NCBI GenBank assembly: GCA_013239625.1
Contig: MU054187.1
Coordinates: 4,909,757-4,973,756 of the forward strand
DNA: 64,000 bases
Direction: 5' to 3'
DNA from: Lama guanicoe
Taxonomy: Eukaryota
Shown here: one piece after another, positions 23,824 through 37,400 of the stretch
Position numbering within the stretch: the first letter of the stretch is position 1
Layout: each line of letters opens with the position of its first letter
Notes under the pieces: model-generated
Databases searched by the model: none
What the model was told of the DNA's origin: nothing
What the model saw: only the letters and a program-made list of their open reading frames with translations
Made by a program: the position numbers and the translations under genes

Positions 23824-25597
23824 AAAAATTAATGATCTGACACATTGAAATCTCTATGATTGCAGATTGTATCAGTCTTTTTGGGAAATAATCAAATGTC
23901 AACCGTAGAGATAAATTTCCTATGATGCAACGTAAATAATTTTATTAAAAGATTTCCCCAGATTATCTAAATAGTTGCCATCATTTACGGTCCAAAATTG
24001 TGTTTGAACTGCTGATCTTCATGCTTCTTTTCTTTGTAAAATTGGTATCTGGACAACATGGTGCAAGTTTTAGATCTACTGGCTATGTGATACCCTCTGG
24101 TAACAGAAAGGACAGCATCTTTGTACTGGACAACATGGCCCTGCTTTTTAGGGATTATTTGCTGGAGCAGGAGAACCTATTACTGCCAGTGAGAAGCTCT
24201 AGGTATCAAGTGTAAGAGAAGCACAAATTACTGTTCTGAGGCCACGTACAGCAACCTTTGAGGAAACTCTAAACAGTTCTGTGCAGCCCATCAATTTGGT
24301 TTGTTGGTCCATTGTCTGAAGGCTTCCCCTACTTTCCTGGCTTGCCCAGTAGGATTGGCCAGATGCAGTCTTGCACAATCTGAGTTTCCTTTAGCAGAAA
24401 CAAGCATTTCATGACTTCTGCCTCCATACTTTCAAAGCTCAGGAGACATCATTTGTGCATTATGGAGTGTCACCCTGAGGCTTCAACTGTGCATCCGATC
24501 GGGCACCTGGGAGGCACTCAGCTCTGAGGCTGGGACGTCCTCCCGCATGATGGCCAGACTCCCAGCCAGTCTCATTACGTCGCATCGGCTTTGTCTTTTT
24601 GATGCCTGAAAGCGAGAGCCCACTGATATGCCTTCCTTTTAAATGCTCATGTTCATCTCGGCTGGAATTACCTGCCTGGCCAGAAAAGTGGCATCTGAGG
24701 GGGCCAACCTATGAGATACACATGCAATATTCACTTCTCAAGATTCACAGCCTTTCTTTTAGTAATTAAACTAGACCTCTGCAACTTGGACCATAATAGT
24801 CTGACCACTTATATAAGTGTCCTCATAGAACTGAACTATGATTCAAGAGAATGCCCTTTCACCAAAAGCTGATACAAGAGGAAAAAAACAAAAATAAAAA
24901 TTATGTATGAAAGATTTTTTTTTTAAATAAAATGTGCTTTGAGGGGAACCGTCATTACATTGCTCAGTGTTCCTCGTATGAAGACTTACTGGATATGGAC
25001 AGTGTCTTTGCTTTTAGGATGCAATATAATGGGACACGACCCCCCTGTTGTGGTTCGCTGTCTGATATTAGCATCCACCCCTGTGGGCAGTGCTGCAAGA
25101 AGTGAAGGCTGTCAGCCACGTCAACACTGGGCACTGCCTCCTGATGTGTGGGGGCCTCATGTTTTATTTTGCACTTTGCTTGTGTTCGGGAAGGTACAGA
25201 AGTGAGCTACTGTTTTAGAGTCTGTCTAATGACCTGGGAATTTTTCGGGGCCCAATTTCTGGAGGTGTTTTCATCACATATTTGAAAACCACATGGTCAT
25301 TTCTCACATGCAAAGCTTCCCTAAAGAAAGAGATGCTGCTCTAATTTGGATCCACTTACCTGCCAGGAATGGATTGCATTTTGAAAGACACCTGGCTTTA
25401 CTGACCACCAACTACTTGGAATGAGCACAATGATGATGAATACGATTGTGGTGGGAAAATTAGCTAAATGGGTTTGTAATATGTCCCTGGGCCTTAATTT
25501 TGAGTATTGTCTGGACCCTAAATTCTTACTTAGATGGATGAAAGCTTATAATTTAATGTCCTAATTTTCTAAGAGACTCTGACTTCTGCAGACTACA

Positions 25598-25800
25598 GCA
25601 GCACTATCTCATGGAATTTTCTAGAAAGATGAAAATGTTCTCTGCATTGTCTGAACGGGTAGCTGCTAGCCACATGTGGCTACAGAGCTTGTTTGGCTAG
25701 AGCACCTGGGGAACTGATTTTTTTACTTATTTAATTTTAAGTAGTCAAATTTAAATGTACACGTATATGATTGGTGGTGACTGCACTGAACTGCACTGCA
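25598..25800. mobile_element. Second, more diverged MER3-like element
   Basis: gatgaaaatgttctctgcattgtc...ggtagctgctagccacatgtggctacagagc...ggaactgattttttta...atttaattttaa. Confidence 0.7.
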
Positions 25801-28399
25801 TTGTGTCCTGGACACTGTTCTAAAGTATAATATTTCTAAAGTTACTTGAGTTCTAAGACTGGAGAGTTAAATGTAATTCCAACATCACAATCTTTACAAC
25901 AGAGAGGGAGCCATATAATGCAGAAATATGAAGCCCCTACAAGCACACTGAGCGTTGGGACAAGGTCCCGCTAACCTTTCCATCCTCACAGCATCCGTGC
26001 GGAGTCTTTCGTGCAGTGAATCAGCACACATTTCCACCCCTGTGTTCTACAGCTCGGGGCAAAGGCTTAGAATTACAAGAAAGAGGGAATTCGAAACATA
26101 TGTAACAGCTGTATGAAAATCACAGCAACTAAGAACATGGCTGGGTTGAAACCCTCAATGTACACCCACAGACTTACTTCCTGTTCAGTTAAAGCACTAA
26201 TGAATAAACAAATACATCCACAAATTCATAGAAAGACTACTCTCACATAAGCTTTACACAGAGGCATATGCTTCACGTGACTTACCTGGTGACACAGATT
26301 TATTTCCAAAATCCCTAGGGTTGTCCTGATGCTTCTGGTAACCCACCTCCTGTTCATGTCTTATCGCTTAATTATACTGATGCATTTAACTTATTTATCA
26401 CAAGGAAACAATGATTTCTTACTTTTAAAAAGCATGTATTAATGGTGTTACTTAGATAATACTTAGGTAAGAATACCAGGTCCAGGAGTTAAGATTCTCA
26501 AGGAAGGAGAATCACTGATACTGAAATGTCCCTGGAGAAGTTAGAAATGTCTTCAGGCATATTTAAAATAAACTGCCACGGTCCCAAAGTCTTTAATGGA
26601 GCTGGGAGAGCTGTTTAACGCACACTATCTCGCAGTAATCGCTGTAGTTTAAAATAGATTTTAATCAAGCACCATCTGCATAATAGGCTGAACAAACAAC
26701 ACAGAACTCCACTTATAACTCTTACCGCATAAAGTAAATATTGTAAAATCTTCACCATAGAAACAGGGCATCTCACAGCACTTTTTGTGACGGTGCTGTT
26801 TCTGTACGTGAAAAATTCTGCTACTTAAATTCATTCTCTCTTTTCTTTCTAAACTATGCCATCTGAAATCCCCTTATGAGAATAAATTCAAATGAGCATG
26901 GAAAGCGAGTCATCTCGTTACTGGAAAATCAGCAAGGCTGTAATCCCTCATTCATTTTACAGTTGGGTTTATTATTATCATTAATAATAACAGTACATTT
27001 ACTGACTCAAAACATCAATTATAGAAAACCGTATATGAAATGTTATACTCTTGAAATGATTCACAAGTGCAGGGCATTGTATTGGTACCACAGTTTGTAA
27101 AGCAAATCCATTTTTAAGGATTCTTGATTCTGCCAAACGTAACTGAGTATTGCTTTAGGATGAGTTTAACCAAAACACTCAGTGGCTTTATGTAAGTTAA
27201 GAAATGTAGGCTACTGTCCAGAAAAATCACTTTAAAGTGAAGAAACGATTTGATTGTAACTACATACACCCGTTACTTATAGTTATTAATTTTGTTAGAT
27301 TCATTTGGTCTTTTCTAAATTTGCCTGCCCAGATCAACATGCTTTCCTCTTGCTATTGTAGACTGAGGGTTTCTCCTGCCTTCCCAAGAATGCACAAGCT
27401 GTGGACACAGGGTCCTGGGAAACAAAGAGCCCAGTGCTGATGTGTAAGCCTCCCATGCTTTTTATCCCATGACTCCACCAAGCACGCTCAGTCTTCTGGG
27501 GTACGAATCATCTAAGAACATACAGATCTTGAAAATACCACATCCTAGTATAAGATAATGACCTAAATGAAGTTCAGGAACAATTATTTGGAATCAAGTA
27601 CTAACTGGGCGTTTGACTGCATTCTACTCTTTTCCCCAGAACTACTTTGTTAAGCTCAGTCTTAACCAATGGGATACTTTATTTTTGACAAGCGAGGAGT
27701 ACATATTTTTTCAGTTGCTGGGATCTAAGAAACTCTTTAAAAGTGTCATGCATATTCTATCAAGTGAAGTGTTGAAAAACTGTGTAGTAAGTATAGTTCA
27801 ATGTGGGAAATATCAGACTTTCAAGTCCCAATTTTCAATATTCTGTCCTAAAGCTGGATAATGTGACTTGACATTCAGTTCCAACACGGCTTGATTTCAC
27901 TTAGTATTTATAGAAACCTGTGTGCGTATCATTTTTACTTTATTCCAGGAATCTCCTAGCCTTCAGAACAGTGGTAAATAAAAAGTACTTTTCTGAAGGC
28001 TCATTTAATTGTTGCTCTAGTCACATCCTATTTTCTTTGTGAAAAAAAAACTCCTCTTTCTGCCCAGTATGGCAACGCACATACACGGATGAGCTAGCAA
28101 ATTAGTAGGAAACTCTTAAACGCTAAAAAAAAAAAGCACGTGAAAGCGGGAATTCAGAGAAGTAAACAGAGTACCAGAGTCAGTTTTCATCAAGAAGATA
28201 ATTGCTGAACCTGTTGAAATTGAGTCCAAGTCATGGCAGATAGGTGGCAAAGCCTATGGCCGACCAACAAAAGCGGGGTGTTTAACAGGAGGGTTCCTAT
28301 TGAGTCAGGACAGAAAAGAATTAGACTTTCAGTGCAAGGGGGAGATAAAATGACTTCCCTTGCGTGATCCCTCCTGGGACCTGCCAGGATGATACTGAA

Positions 28400-29800
28400 T
28401 GAGGGGGAAAATATCTTTTGTGCTAATTCACAAACAGAAGCCAGCATTTGTGAGGATTTATACCCTGAAAGCATACTACTCGAGTGATCTGAAAAACTTT
28501 AAGCCAAAAGTGGTTCTAGCTTGTAATGGTCCAAGATGCCTGGAAGAAGCAAACACAAATCATCTTTAGGGGAATCTGCTTTCAAACCAGGTCCAGTAGA
28601 ATTCTTCTAAAGTTCTAATAAACATCAGCTCTTATTAAAAGCAAAACAAAGCAAGGCATTAAAACTAAGGCCAGCAGCAACAATAGACAATAGAATCAGA
28701 CCCCGTAGACGTCACGTATCGGAATTAGCAAATACTTGACAGAAGGGATGAAATCTATGGAAAAAGAGCAAGCAATTAAAACAAAAAAGTCCAAACAGAT
28801 TTGGGAAAGAACCAAATAAAACTAGGAATATAAAATAACTGAAATTAAAACCTCAGTATATCAGCTTTAATTTCAGATTTGATGTAGCTGAAAATTGAAT
28901 TATGAACTGGGAAATTGATAGAAATACATTAAGCAGAATGTAACACAGAGCAACAGGGAAACAGAAAATATGAAAGAAAAGAGCCATGGAGGATAGGATA
29001 CGAAAGTCTAGCAGACATCTTATCAGAATTACAGATCGAGAAGGGATCAAGAATGGGGTAAGAACTATTTAAATTCAGGATAAAGAAACCCACATACATT
29101 ACAATGTGGCTGCAGGACACCAAAGGCAAAAGGAGATCTTAAAACCAGTCAGAGAACCGAGGCAGATTACTCTCAAAGGAAAGACAGTGAGGCAGTAGAA
29201 TTCTCAAAAGCAATAATGAAAACCAGGATTCGATGGAGTAATATGTTCAAAATGACAGGAGAGAAGCACTGTCAATCTAAAATTCTACTCCTAGTGGAAG
29301 TACTTTTTAAGGTAATGTTCCCAGTAGATCCTCGTCAGAGAAGATTTTGAAGGAAAAGGGAAAATGATGCCAGATAAAAAAAATTCTATTATATGTGAAT
29401 AAACCTGAAGAAAAAAGACTGAAATAATAATAGAAATAGTGTTTCATGGAGTTTATTAAATTACACTTAATTTAAACTATAATTAAAACAAACAGCAGCA
29501 ATATCTGCCCAGCAGAGGTTGGAGGGATGCGTGTGGCGCTGAGGGAACCTAAGAAGGGTGGAGATGCTGACCAATGTTAGACCTTCGTGCATTTGCATGT
29601 CAGGGGTGGTTACTAAATTTACAGGAAGAGTACAAAATTTCCAATATTAAGATGGGAAATTATGGAATGAGAAAAAGAACAATCTTAAGGAAGGTAAGAA
29701 AGAGAAAAAGAAACAGACTACATGTGGGACAAATAAAAAGCAACACTCTTAGAAGGAAAAATAAACCCAAATATTCTGGTGCTTATATGAACGCCAACTG
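28400..29800 (+). mobile_element. Old L1 (L1M-type) 5'/ORF1 region, heavily decayed
   Basis: A-rich sense strand with remnants of the ORF1 C-terminus (gagatcttaaaaccagtcagaga...cagattactctcaaaggaa...ttctcaaaagcaataatgaaaaccagg...tgtcaatctaaaattcta). Boundaries are approximate. Confidence 0.7.
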
Positions 29801-31439
29801 TGAGTCTTGGCCTGTAACTTCCTTAAAGGGAAAACTGTGCTAAAAACGCAGCTGTAATGCCACGGATACTTGTACTACAAGGACTGGATTACAGGCTTAG
29901 AACCGCAAGCTACCCGGGTTTGTATTTCTTTGATGTTTGACTGTGTGTCTAGTTTATGACTTTAGGCTGTCGACACAGCTCCACAGCAATCAGAACCATG
30001 GGGAGTGTTTATAAGGTGATAATTTATTTTACTGATGTATTTACAATATTCCTTTCTGTCAAAACAAAGTTATTTCATTTGATTGTTCAATTAGATAAAC
30101 TGGAATTAATATGCGGTTGCTTATGAGAGTACAAAGTGTTAAGAGGGTAGGTTTAAAGGCTTCTTTTTCAGGTGTGAGAGTAAATATAATTTTTTTGGTA
30201 GTTCTCTTGTTAGAAATGATTTAAATGATCCTTTCAACTGAACGCTATTTCACGTTTAACTGGAGCTGTTGCACTGCAACATTCCACATAAATCCTGCTC
30301 ATATACACAGGAAAAATTCCAGTTTAATCATTAGCTGTGATGAAGAATGCTTGATCATTTTCATCAGAGGATCTTTTTTTAGCCATTTAATAAATATAAG
30401 TTGAATAGAGAGGTAGGAGGGTTTTGAACAAGAGAAAAGGTGAAGAACGAATGGTATGTAAAGTTGGAATGGGAGAGTGGATTTTCTTGAGATGGAAAAT
30501 ACACTGAAACTAAACACAAACTTGAGGCTATCTGTGTAGACAAAACGCCATTTTAATGAGGGCATTCTTGAGAAATTCATCCTCTGCCTTCACACCTAGC
30601 GTGTTCAGGACTATTCCGCTATAGAACACGCATCCACTACACAAAGCTTACGTGATCATTGGTCATGAGCTATAAAGTATCTTACAATATGGATGTTGAG
30701 TGATTGGATAGGATACTCAAAAGCTTCATACCAACCTAGAAACTCGCAACATACAAATTCAGGCCTCAGGAAAATGATAAGATATGGACCTTATGTGTCA
30801 GTCGAAAATGGCAGAATCTCTCCATATTAATTCTATGAATTTCTGGCTTCTACACAGTGTGCTACTCATGGAAGTTGAAGGGTGTGGAAGATGCTTCTGT
30901 AAGTAAGAATCATCCTGCATAAAATCTCCTGTCAGAAGCTGTTACTAATTTTGCATTAATTTCCTGAAATGTCCGCAAAGAATGCTGATAAAGGCATAAT
31001 CCAGACGCACAAATTGGTTTTTACTATGAGTAGAACTATGATTTTTTTCCCCTTTCAACATAGTATATCTCACCTGTGTTTAGGAATTCAACTTGAATTA
31101 ACTATGCATAATCAGATCTAAACTGGCCACAAACAAATTCTTGGTGTTCACATTAAGGTTCAGGTACTCATGGGCTGGCGATACTATTAGAATAATACAC
31201 ATTTTCTTAAACATCTATTTTGCCCTCTAAATGATCAGGCTTTCACTAGCCCAATAAACTACTTATGTAACATCGATTAGTCTCTGCTTCCTTTTTTATC
31301 TTCCCTCATGAGAGGCTGGCTGCCTGACAGCAGGGAGAGGCTGTGAGGGTGAGGCGTCCGCATGGGGGCTGGTATTTAGCTGCACAGCGGTTCTAAAATG
31401 TACCGGCGGTTTGCTTCCATCAGCGACGGTAAGACAGCA

Positions 31440-31810
31440 GACAGGGCCATGCGTGTCGCGAAGGAAGACGTTCACAGGCACACAAACCTAGAAGCGGGCT
31501 GCCCCGCACGTGGTGCAGGGTCATCAGGAGGCAGAGAGGAGAGAGGGCAGCGCACGGCCCAGAGCCTCACTGGGGTTCTCGCGGGAAGAAGGGGCGAGGC
31601 AGGCCGGGTCTGCTGCCTACGCTTAGCACTGGGCGGTCTGCACGCTTTCAGTGGGCTCTGCGCTGGAGAGGGCGTCCCCAGTCGTCCCGTACCCGGTCCT
31701 GGGGGGACCTAGGGCAGGGGGAGTACTGGCGTGAGGGGTGAGGGTTTGATAAAGAAGATTGGGGCGTGGGCTCCCGATTGGTTGGTGCCTTTATCAGAGA
31801 TGGGCTCCCA
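31440..31810 (-). mobile_element. Probable L2 fragment, GC-rich
   Basis: Purine/G-rich antisense-L2-like sequence ending in ggttggtgcctttatcagagatggg. Confidence 0.4.
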
Positions 31811-32420
31811 GGGGAGTCGTTCACTACCCCTAGGGATTAGCTACCCCGCGGGGGGTAGTCTTTCTGGGATGAAGGCCCCAAATGCCAGAGCATTAAGAAC
31901 CCTGAAAACAATCGGTCAGCAGAGCAGCCTTGTCTCTATGATCAGGATTTATTTATCTGTGTGTCCCTATTTATCTGGATTGTTAAAAAAATTAGTGTCA
32001 CTGTTGGGTCATATAGACTAGTGTAGTGTAGTTAACCACAAAGATCAGAATCCCCCAGTGTTGTCTTCTGTTTTCCAAAAACAAAATTCTTGCAAAAGTG
32101 ACCAAAAAAGGGCTGACCCAAGTGACAATTCATTAGTGATATTTTTAAAAAAGGAGGAGCATGAAGTACTCAGGTAGCGGCCAGTGTTTTTCACAGTAAG
32201 CAGGCATGGGAGTCCTTCTCACTGGGACCCGTTTGGAAGATGCTTGACTGATAACCGAGGCAGCAAGAAGATTATTCTGACGTTCTGAGTGACGTGGACT
32301 TGGTTGTGGTGCAATTGTTTGAAAAAGCTGCCTTGAATAGTTGAAAGAGTTAACTACCTGTTGCAGCTAATTTCCAACCTAAGGACAGTGAAGACCTATC
32401 TTTCTATACAGATAAGGTGA

Positions 32421-32450
32421 CACAGACAGACAGACAGACAGACAGACAGA
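32421..32450. repeat. (GACA)n microsatellite
   Basis: Direct reading of the sequence. Confidence 0.9.
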
Positions 32451-32600
32451 TATATCGGCATGGGGTTAACAAAAGGTAGATAATGAAACACCCAGGATTC
32501 TGCTTCTGGAAGGAAGTGTCTAATATCTCTGGCTCTTCCTTTTTTTTCTTCCTCAGTATGAAATGTTTGGGTCAGATGATCTCAAAGATTTTCTCTAACC

Positions 32601-32603
<3 letters not shown>

Positions 32604-32637
<34 letters not shown>
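32604..32637. repeat. (AC)n microsatellite
   Basis: Direct reading of the sequence. Confidence 0.95.
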
Positions 32638-32639
<2 letters not shown>

Positions 32640-33059
32640 ATGGCCATCACTGTATCCCTGGGATGTTTCCTTCTTAAAGTGGTTAAATTGACACTGAGTC
32701 TTTGGAATGAGTGGTGAATTAAGCTTGATCTTGGATGCTGAGTCCTGTAAGATTTATTCTTCCTTACTCACCATGCAGATCCTATACTGTGTGGGTACAA
32801 TCTACTTTTGTTTAATACATCTGCATTTAAAGGATTTGTTAGGGACTTAAAATGTATTGAACCAGCAGGTGATTTAATCTATTTGGACTGTAACCTCATG
32901 CTTCATTACAGAAGTACGTCCCCAACCAATGTTTCTCGTTTGGATGATATAAACTTGCACCCACCACAGGTCAAGGAAGACATCAAAGAAGTATTTTTTT
33001 GCTTTTTTTTTTTTAGGCAAGGAGCATTTCCATAGGTTCTAAAAGTAACGTAGTCGTAC

Positions 33060-33341
33060 CTTAGAGGTATCATCGCCTTCATCCTCATGCACTGAACTGG
33101 ATGGTGATGGAGTCGCGGACTTGCTTCCGGGAGGAGATGGTGAGTTGTGGGGGACGCTGCTCCCTCCCATGTTCAATCCAAGCTGAGCACTTAGCTGTGA
33201 CTGGTTGATGGTGGTCAGCTGGCCATGCTGCATCATTCCTGGCTGCTGCCTGATGTCTGCGGGCTGACCCCTTGGTCTCATGGCTGCCATCTGAGGATGG
33301 GAGCTGTATTGAGTTCCTTCCGGGTTCCGTATATCTTGCAT
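33060..33341 (-). CDS. TOX: TOX coding exon (equivalent to human exon 4), 282 bp / 94 codons, [11 protein letters not shown]...[28 protein letters not shown]
   Basis: Translation matches the recalled TOX sequence ([37 protein letters not shown]). Acceptor is ...ccatccatttttttggcag|ATG (CAG at 33342-33344). Donor is AAG|gtacga (GT at 33058-33059). Phase 0 at both ends, joining in frame to the next exon (TSK|INGG). Confidence 0.97.
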
Positions 33342-36300
33342 CTGCCAAAAAAATGGATGGAAATAATTTTTTACAAGACCTATTTCTGGAAAAATTTTTT
33401 TAAAAAATTCCCTAGGCTTTAAACATCCCGTAGGATGTCCTACTCAACTATACATATTTCCGCCTCCTCCCCAGAGCAGAATAATCCTAATGGTATATAT
33501 CGCCCCAAAGGTGCACAGAATTTGAGAATTCAGCCAACATCACATTTCATTACTCAAGACCTGCTTAATTATATCTACAGCCTTTCCTTACCAATGGAAT
33601 GCAAACACACATCCTTAACAGATATTTATGGTGTAAGTTTAAAAATATTGATGCTTATTAGAGCATCAGTATTGTATAACTGTTAGTGATTACAGCATTC
33701 ACATAGTTCATGAAACTCTACTCCTTTGATTCTCATCATTTATGAAAGGTTTGGAAAATTAAGCGTACTACGATTCTCAGCTTAATTCTATCCAGACTGG
33801 CATTGGTCAAATGATCTACTAACTTCCGACACAGAGCACTTACAGGCTGGTGTTAACCAATTTATTAATTGACTATTGAAATGATTTGACTACATAGTCA
33901 GATTTGAAAGAAAAGCTGTAAAGTTGCAAGGTCACCATATTAATCCATGATGTTCTCTGGGTCACTGCTTTTTAGCCTTAATGAGACTCACTCTTACAAT
34001 TCAAGCAATGAATTTCGTCTCTGCAAGAATTAGAATTGAAAGCACTGGAGGATGAAGCTCTTAACGTACCTAGAGGTCAAATGTGTTGTATAAGAGGAGC
34101 GTGGTGGATTTCAGTTAATGTGTCTCTGGCATTCTCAAACTTAAAATAATGGGCAATATTCTGTGGTGCCTTCGGAAGCAGCTCAGTGCTGTTCACTCGG
34201 AGGGGGCTTGGGGAGTTAGTGGAGGGAGAGGTTTATAAAACGAGAGAGGAAAAAGAAGAAAATGGAAAACAGAAGGGCAGTGAAGAGATATATGGTTAAA
34301 GTCACATTTTGGAGTGGAGAAAGTAAAATTAATAATGCTATCTTTTTCTGTTTCATCAAAAAAAAAAATCCCATATAGTGTCACAATGCCTAGTAATTAC
34401 CCGCCTACAAATGTTATCATGACATGGAAACACTGTAAAGGTCAATTAAGTAACTTAGTCAGAGGTAATAAAGTCACTTCCTACCAGTGCCCTCTAGTCA
34501 TTTCACCAACCTCCTCGCTACATCCCCCTGAGCCTGAGGTGGCGGCTGAAGAGGCGTCGCCCGTGTCCTTTGTATCAGGCTCACCAGGAGGTCCTGCTGG
34601 TTTCTTGTTAGTCAGTGTACGTCCTAGACCTTTCCAGCTCTCGCTACTGCTTCATCCTCAGACTCAGGTGACGTGGTAACGGGTTAGGCTGGCTCCATGC
34701 TTCTGTCCCCACTGAGTTCCTGGTTCAAATTGACCTTTTCCCCATAATTTAAATTGTATTCCTCCAATCTTTCAAAAGCAGCTCATAGTGGTTCTCCTTT
34801 CTGTAAAGTCCCTCATCAAGCAGTTGTTACTACTCAGTGAAACACGTCGGAGCACAGAGGCCCTGAGCGATGTTCTCAGTTGACAGAAGAGGAGAGACTG
34901 GGGGCTTTGAATGTCTGTTGAGTAAATATATAAGTGCCTGAATAAAACCCAGAGAGCTTAAAGGACTCCCCCAAACTGCAGAGTTGGAGTTAAAATCTAC
35001 ATCTCTCCATTCCAGCCTTTGACACTTCCTACCGTGTTCAGCAGCGAGTCACCACTTGACGTGTCCCAGGGAGAGAGTTAACAGCTCCGGGTAAGCGACG
35101 GCGCCTGGTCCAACACTGTCCACCCCTGATCGATGGCCTTTATCTCGTCCATTCATGTTGCCTCCACTCACATTTACTAAAATACCTTCCATTCCTACTT
35201 CACTGTTCATGTAGCTTCTATAACCTGATCTTCCTTATGAAATAATAGCGGCTTTCACAGATATCCATAAAGCTGTGCCCCGGAGTCACTTCACGCCTAC
35301 ACGCTAATGTCCTGACGTCCTGTTGTGTTTTTTCTTAGGCTCTCAGCAAGTGGAACAGCTCCCCCACTGTGGGCACAGAGTAACGGATGCTGGTGAAGGG
35401 CACCGTCCTTGCAGGGCGGCCCCTCTCCCAGCCCTGCACCACATAAAGCACTCGTAAGCATGTTCACACACGTGTGTTTGCAGGACACATTTTCATAGCC
35501 TTGCAAATTAAAAATGTTTACTAACAAAATCATACTTTAACTAAATTATCTTTCCAGAAGTGTGTAACTAACTGATATCTTTGTTTCTCTGTCACATAAA
35601 TCCCGTTACAAAGCATGAACAGTTTATGACCTGTTTGGAGCCCACTTCTCATTCTTCCAGAAATACTGTAGTTTTAACATGACTTTGTAGGTGATTTCTA
35701 AGCTGACTTACACCCAGCGTGTCCAGGCTAATGACTGCAGATCTCACTGTAGAGCACCCATGGCTCCCACTGCTTTGTAATCTTTCTGATTGTTTTATCA
35801 GGCTAATTAATTGTGGTAGATCTCTGAGGACTAACATTTGTATTTCCACCTCTGGAAGTTAGCAGAAGGAGGTGGGCCTGGCTGAAGGGGGGTAAGGAGT
35901 CAACCTGGGGAGGCACAATGAAGTACTACTCCACAGGGTACCACTTCTTCAACAGACTCATCATTAGCTCAAAATATCATGTCACCAGTGGTGTCAGGCC
36001 AGGCAGGCAGCGGTTTTAACACTGAATCAAAGACCAATTTTCCCGTGTGGAGGGTGATAAGTACAAATTAGAGAGCACACTCATCTCTTTAGCTCTCAGA
36101 TGCACTTAGAAATGGTCAGATCTTAACACCCATGGTGACATTTCTGAATTAGGAGTTTTTCCATTTTGCCTTGCTTTCACAGGAGTCAGTTCGGTATTAA
36201 TCACTGCCTAACGTATAATATGGGAAAAATTAAACTGGAGGGAGGCCGAGTCTGAAAACTAAGAATAATTAGTTAGCTCATGAAGGTTTAAGCATATGTT

Positions 36301-36479
36301 TTGATCACTGGTTTCCTTCGAGAATGGTGCTGACTGACCACAGGTCTTAATGTCAAATACAAAACTTCAATGTGCAAAATATTATTTCCTGTTATGCTCC
36401 AGTATTTTTAACTATTTGTGAGTAATTCACTTAAGTCACACTTAATCTCAACTGCTGTTTTCTCTAATTCCTCTCAACT

Positions 36480-37400
36480 CCTCCGTTGCGTTTTCTTCTC
36501 CCTACAACTTTCCATCCATAGATGGTTCCCTGACATTCTCTTTCTGAGTCATGTTTCTTCCACCCAGCTAGAAGTCATCATGGTCTTCTTAATGGGGAAC
36601 GTTCTAAATCAAAGTGTACAGTTCTGACCCAAACTCTGGGTCTAACTCTGCCAGGTGTCACCCCTGCTGGACACATGAACAAACTTTTCCTTTTCAAAAC
36701 TGCTTTCTATTGTGTGTCCAGTTTCTCTAGATGACACCTTCATCCTCCCTGTCACCTCTACTCAGAATGTTCTAGTGATTTCTGGTTCTTTCCTTCTCTA
36801 TCAAACTCTTGAGGGTTCCACGGAGTCTACTCCAAAATACCCCTCCCATCTGCCCTTCCTCCCACTCGCACACCATTCACATATTTCAGGCCTTCATTAT
36901 CTCCTTTTTTTTTTTTTTTTGGTGGGGTGAGAGGAGGAGAGGAGTTGCAATTTAATTTTTTTAATTTTTATTTTTTTCAATTTTTTTCTCAGTGGAGGTA
37001 CTGGGGATTGAACCCAGTACTTCATGCATACTAGGCATGTGCTCTGCCACTCAGCTCTTTCCCTCCCCCCACTACCTCTTTACTTGCAATAGCTACTCAA
37101 CTAAAAAGAATGTCTTCACATTCACCCAGGAGAGTGCTGTAAAATTAATCTTCATGAGCCATAGACTCAGAAACTTCCCAATGATACCTTCCTACCAAAT
37201 TGAATCCAAACCCTTCAGCATGTCATTAGAGGTTCCAGAGAAACATTATCCTTACCACTGCCCTTCACACACTTGATGGTTCAGCCAAACCCAATTAATT
37301 GCCTTTCTTTGCCTCTTTCTCCCTTGAACATGTGTCTTGGTCTCTGCCGCTTTTTCAGCACTCACTTTCTGAGCATTTTCTGTCTGAAATTTTGAAAAAC
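36480..37400 (+). mobile_element. Decayed L2 fragment interrupted by a SINE
   Basis: Pyrimidine-rich L2-like blocks (catcctccctgtcacc, ctactccaaaatacccctcccatctgcccttcct, gaatccaaacccttcagcatg). Confidence 0.55.
36905..37070 (-). mobile_element. tRNA-Ala-derived SINE (camelid vic-type)
   Basis: The minus strand reads gggaggg..agctgagtggcagagcacatgcctagtatgcatgaagtactgggttcaatccccagtacctcca (A- and B-boxes, tRNA-Ala-like). It is followed by an A-rich linker, a C-rich block and poly(A). Confidence 0.85.

Noticed and set aside
33039..33059. VRLRYF-stop extension of exon 4 as a true C-terminus
   Set aside because: It lies beyond the GT donor, and the spliced frame continues into the next exon.
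34480..34505. CTCF-like motif (minus strand tgactagagggcact)
   Set aside because: It lacks the conserved CC at the start of the core and is too weak to call without a PWM scan or ChIP data.
36993..37068. tRNA-Ala gene (also 46878-46950)
   Set aside because: The stems and anticodon arm are degenerate and poly(A) tails are attached (with a TSD on the second copy), so these are SINE copies.
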